Shown here: in pieces, positions 34,468-37,612 of the stretch
Layout of the letters: each line of letters starts with the position of its first letter
Numbering within the stretch: position 1 is the first letter of the stretch
From: Bdellovibrionales bacterium
GTDB taxonomy: Bacteria > Pseudomonadota > Alphaproteobacteria > UBA9219 > RFNS01
DNA length: 37,612 nucleotides
Assembly (NCBI GenBank): GCA_039808825.1
Contig: JBDHTV010000002.1
Coordinates: 1-37,612 of the forward strand
Reading direction: 5' to 3'
The notes under the pieces: model-generated
The model's database searches: none
What the model was told of the DNA's origin: nothing
The model's input: only the letters and a program-made list of their open reading frames with translations
Made by a program: the position numbers and the translations under genes

Positions 34468-34782
34468 TTAATTTTCAGCATAACCGACCGCGTCTTTAGC
34501 ATGTTTGTGTTGCAGGTCAGCCGCGGCTGTCTGACGATCCGGCTTAGGCAGCGTTTCCAGCTGCAAAGTTTCCGGCTGCTGCGTCGGATTAAGGTTATGC
34601 CGAATATGTTGCATTATTCCGTCCACCGGCTCGAATTCCTCGCCTTCCACTTCCTGTTCCCATGACTCCATATTGCGCTTCAGGACTTCCTGCTCCGCCT
34701 CAGCGCGTTGCTGTTCTCGTTGCTGATGCGCATGTTCCAGTGCGTGGCCAAGTTCGATAAAATGTAATAGGCTCATTGTCAT
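34468..34782 (-). CDS. Hypothetical small acidic, His/Gln/Glu-rich protein downstream of cbpA
   Basis: 104-aa ORF 82 nt downstream of the DnaJ-like gene on the same strand, with GGAGGAC before the ATG. Confidence 0.45.
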   Translation of the reverse strand: MTMSLLHFIELGHALEHAHQQREQQRAEAEQEVLKRNMESWEQEVEGEEFEPVDGIMQHIRHNLNPTQQPETLQLETLPKPDRQTAAADLQHKHAKDAVGYAEN

Positions 34783-34864
34783 GTCCTCCAGCTCTTTATC
34801 TGGGATGGTCTATACGGCCTGACAAGGGAGACAAGCGGCGCCGGATGCGGCAGAGCGCCGCAGC

Positions 34865-35806
34865 TTATTTATCCCAGCCGAGTTTCGCGCGCGGATCATA
34901 GTGGTGTTTCTTGGCCCACTTCTCGATAAACTCGGTCAGGGAAGCTTCTGCCTTTTCGGGCAGCACGACCTTGAGCCGGACAAAGAAATCACCGGCCTCC
35001 GTTGCGCCCTGTGCCGGGATGCCCTTGCCCTTGAGCCGCAGCAATGAGCCGGTATTGGCACCTTGCGGCACTTTGACAGCGACGGCGCCATTCAGCGTCG
35101 GCACCTTGATATTCGCGCCCAGCATCGCTTCCGGCAGGCTGATCGGCACTTCAATATAAATATCGCGTTCCTTGCGAGTAAAATAGAGGTGCGGCAACAC
35201 GGTGATCTCGACGATGGCATCGCCGCTGTCGCCCATGCCGCTCTGGCCCTGCCCTTTCAGGCGCAGCTTGGTGCCATCCACTGTACCAGGCGGAATATTG
35301 ACATCGACCGCCTTGCCCGATGAGAGCGTGACACGCTGTTTGGTACCGAGACAGGCATCAACGAAACTGACCGACATTGCATACGTAATATCCGCGCCTT
35401 TCGCGCGCGGCCGATCCGAACCAGCGCCGCGGCGGCGCCCCGCCCCGAACAGGTCGGCAAATAAATCTTCGGAAAAACTGCTGAACGGATCAGCGCTCCC
35501 CGCACCGGCTCCGGCGCTGCGATAGCTAGAGCGAAAACCTCCGGCATTGGCAAACGGGTCTGGCCCGCGCGCGAAGCCCTGCGCATTGCCCTGGGCATCA
35601 AGTTCGCCGCGGTCATATTTGGCCCGCTTGTCCGGGTCAGACAGCAGATCATAAGCCGCCGTCACTTCCTTGAATTTCTGCTCGATATCCTTGCGGCCCG
35701 GGTTCACATCGGGATGCAGCTTCTTGGCCAGCTTGCGATAAGCGGCTTTCAGGTCATCGGCGCTGACATTCTTGCTGACACCCAGGGTTTGATAAGGATC
35801 GGGCAT
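34865..35806 (-). CDS. cbpA: DnaJ-class co-chaperone without zinc finger (CbpA-like curved-DNA-binding protein)
   Basis: J-domain DPYQTLGVSKNVSADDLKAAYRKLAKKLHPDVNPG, a Gly-rich linker and DnaJ C-terminal domains. No CxxCxGxG repeats. Confidence 0.85.
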   Translation of the reverse strand: MPDPYQTLGVSKNVSADDLKAAYRKLAKKLHPDVNPGRKDIEQKFKEVTAAYDLLSDPDKRAKYDRGELDAQGNAQGFARGPDPFANAGGFRSSYRSAGAGAGSADPFSSFSEDLFADLFGAGRRRGAGSDRPRAKGADITYAMSVSFVDACLGTKQRVTLSSGKAVDVNIPPGTVDGTKLRLKGQGQSGMGDSGDAIVEITVLPHLYFTRKERDIYIEVPISLPEAMLGANIKVPTLNGAVAVKVPQGANTGSLLRLKGKGIPAQGATEAGDFFVRLKVVLPEKAEASLTEFIEKWAKKHHYDPRAKLGWDK

Positions 35807-35825
35807 TTGTTGGTTTTGGCCTAAA

Positions 35826-35860
35826 ACAAAAAGGGGACTCGGTTACCGAGTCCCCTTTAT
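35826..35860 (-). terminator. Strong rho-independent terminator
   Basis: Perfect 10-bp stem GGGGACTCGG-tta-CCGAGTCCCC (35833..35855), followed on the minus strand by TTTTTTGTTTT. It lies downstream of the lipoprotein gene. Confidence 0.8.
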
Positions 35861-35892
35861 ACCAAGATCAGGCAAAAGCTGGCAATCAGCCG

Positions 35893-36378
35893 TTACTTAA
35901 TGACTTGCCATGAACCATCCGGCTGCTGGCAAGCCGTGCCATAGGCCGACTGTTTCTTGCCGCCAACCATAACCGAGGTTTGATATTCGCGGCAGTAAGC
36001 GCCGGTCGAGCTGTCGCGTCCGTCGCGGATCGGCTCAATCGTGCCGGAATTGCCGGACTGCGGATTGTTCCAGACGATTTGCTGCCCAATCGGCGCGGCA
36101 TAGGCGCGGTTCTGCGCCTGCCCCATCGCCGTCTTATCGGCGCGATCCAGCGAAACGCCAATCTCGTTTCCAGCCCAACCGCCGATCAGAACGCCCGCAA
36201 CGGTGGCAATGGTCTTGCCGGTACCGCCGCCGAACTGGTTGCCGAGCAGACCGCCGAGCGCGGCGCCGCCCGCGGTGCCAACCGTCTGCTTGGTGCCCCA
36301 ATTGTCGGTTTCGCAGCCGCCGAGCGCAATCAGCATGGCCACGGCCGGTAACAGCAGGAATTGACGCTTCATATTCAT
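35893..36378 (-). CDS. Glycine-zipper surface lipoprotein (17-kDa surface-antigen-like)
   Basis: MNMKRQFLLLPAVAMLIALGGC has an LGGC lipobox, and Gly-zipper repeats GGAALGGLLGNQFGGGTG...GVLIGGWAGNEIG follow. Only the last 161 codons of the 395-aa track ORF are used. Confidence 0.8.
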   Translation of the reverse strand: MNMKRQFLLLPAVAMLIALGGCETDNWGTKQTVGTAGGAALGGLLGNQFGGGTGKTIATVAGVLIGGWAGNEIGVSLDRADKTAMGQAQNRAYAAPIGQQIVWNNPQSGNSGTIEPIRDGRDSSTGAYCREYQTSVMVGGKKQSAYGTACQQPDGSWQVIK

Positions 36379-36501
36379 CCCTTTCTGGACATAGTATCTT
36401 TTGTTGGACAATGCGGTGAGACAAAAATTCTGTCGCACCAGAATCGTTAAAGCTGATAGTAATCTGAAGCCCGAATTTGGCGCAACTATGGCAGTAATAT
36501 C

Positions 36502-37101
36502 ATGACAAAAGCCTGGCTCGATCCCGCCGCCGCCCCGATGACGCTCTTTAACCAATGGTTTGCCGACGCGACGGCCAGCGAGCCCAACGACCCCAACGCC
36601 ATGGCATTGGCCACACTGGGGCCGGACGGCATGCCGAGCGTACGCATTGTGCTGCTCAAGGCGTTCGACGCCAGCGGTTTTACCTTTTTTACCAATTATG
36701 AAAGCCGCAAGGGCGATGAGCTGGGCGACCATCAACAGGCCGCCTTCTGCTTGCACTGGAAATCGCTGCTGCGGCAAATCCGGGTGGAGGGAACGGTCAG
36801 CCAGGTCGATGCCGCCATCAGCGACGCCTACTTCGCCCAGCGGCCGCGCGAAAGCCAGCTCGGCGCCTGGGCTTCGCTGCAGTCGCGCCCCCTGCCCGAC
36901 CGTGCGCAGTTCGAGGCGCGTCTGGCCGATTATGCGGCGAAATATCCCGGCGCGGTCCCCCGGCCGCCGCATTGGGGCGGTTATAAAATCGAGCCGCGCA
37001 GCATCGAATTCTGGCAGCAATTCGATTTCCGCCTGCACGACCGCGTCGTCTACAGGCGCGAGGCCGACGGTAGCTGGCACGGAACCCGGCTTTTCCCATG
37101 A
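36502..37101 (+). CDS. pdxH: Pyridoxamine 5'-phosphate oxidase
   Basis: NAMALATLGPDGMPSVRIVLLK, QIRVEGTV, AYFAQRPRESQLGAWAS, IEFWQ...RLHDR...LFP. Confidence 0.92.
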   Translation: MTKAWLDPAAAPMTLFNQWFADATASEPNDPNAMALATLGPDGMPSVRIVLLKAFDASGFTFFTNYESRKGDELGDHQQAAFCLHWKSLLRQIRVEGTVSQVDAAISDAYFAQRPRESQLGAWASLQSRPLPDRAQFEARLADYAAKYPGAVPRPPHWGGYKIEPRSIEFWQQFDFRLHDRVVYRREADGSWHGTRLFP

Positions 37102-37612
37102 CCGGCCACCGGTTCAGCAATGAACAGCTACGGCGCTTTGCGACCTATGCCAGTTTATGCGTGGCGCTGCTCCTGATCGCCACGAAGCTGACGGCCTATC
37201 TTATCACCAACTCCGTCGCGATGCTGTCGTCGCTGCTCGACTCCACCGTTGATTTGCTGGCTTCGCTCGTGACCATGCTCGGCGTGGCGAGCGCGCTGCG
37301 TCCGCCGGACAAAAAACATCGCTATGGTTATGGCAAGGCCGAGCCGCTCGCGGCGCTGACCCAGGGCGCGTTCATCATCGGCTCGGCCGTGTTGCTTGGC
37401 TATGAGGCGCTGCGCCGTATCCTGCATCCATCGCCGCCGCCGGAAAGCGGTTTAAGCTACGGCGTGATGGTGTTTGCCATCGCCCTGACGCTCCTGCTTG
37501 TCGCCTTGCAGAATTACGTCGTCAAACGCACCGCCTCGATGGCGATTGCAGCCGACAGCCTGCATTATAAGGGCGACCTGCTGATCAACCTCGCCGTTAT
37601 CGCCGCATTGGC
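37098..37612 (+). CDS. Cation diffusion facilitator family transporter (partial, runs off the right edge)
   Basis: I read this directly from the sequence; it is not in the track because no stop is reached. MTGHRFSNEQLRRFATYASLCVALLLIATKLTAYLITNSVAMLSSLLDSTVDLLASL...HRYGYGKAEPL. The ATG overlaps the pdxH TGA as ATGA. Confidence 0.8.
   Translation, partial: MTGHRFSNEQLRRFATYASLCVALLLIATKLTAYLITNSVAMLSSLLDSTVDLLASLVTMLGVASALRPPDKKHRYGYGKAEPLAALTQGAFIIGSAVLLGYEALRRILHPSPPPESGLSYGVMVFAIALTLLLVALQNYVVKRTASMAIAADSLHYKGDLLINLAVIAAL

Noticed and set aside
36379-37080. N-terminal 234 codons of the 395-aa minus-strand ORF 35893..37080
   Set aside because: This part is antisense to a clear pdxH. A proper start with a signal peptide and lipobox occurs at 36378, so only the last 161 codons are taken as the gene.

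Overview
Proteobacterial chromosomal window, probably alphaproteobacterial (lineage not verifiable here), in three parts. (1) 1-5.5 kb is a visibly more AT-rich accessory or mobile-type segment. It holds small coupled ORFs on the minus strand that carry a phased array of 9-10 bp motifs. It also holds a divergent AT-rich promoter region and a plus-strand cassette: XRE regulator, small acidic helical protein, zeta-toxin-type kinase with a long unknown C-terminal extension, and a 418-aa orphan. This cassette is the best candidate for an undescribed toxin-antitoxin or defence-like system. (2) 5.6-33.7 kb is a ~28 kb anaerobic-respiration island that appears wired by at least six near-perfect FNR/NnrR-type boxes (TTGA-N6-TCAA). 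Its genes are an alginate-export-type porin, nrdDG, ubiT-ubiU-ubiV with nirK translationally coupled to ubiV, and moeA. They continue with a Crp/Fnr regulator carrying a C-terminal Cys motif, narK-narK-narGHJI, a PpiC-type PPIase, nnrS and a second Crp/Fnr regulator. The island ends with a Moco riboswitch plus moaA-moaC/B-moaD-moaE-mobA and a coupled small ORF, a rhodanese-fused moeB, and an FNR-boxed orphan gene. (3) 33.7-37.6 kb begins with an ~870 bp non-coding gap containing 2.5 copies of an 87-bp tandem repeat. It is followed by a small acidic ORF, cbpA-like DnaJ, a strong terminator, a 17-kDa-antigen-type lipoprotein, pdxH and a partial CDF transporter. Many gene junctions are ATGA or GTGATG overlaps, which suggests translational coupling. 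Several very long antisense ORFs in the track are high-GC shadow frames and are rejected. All family assignments come from motif reading by eye and remembered reference sequences; no searches were run.
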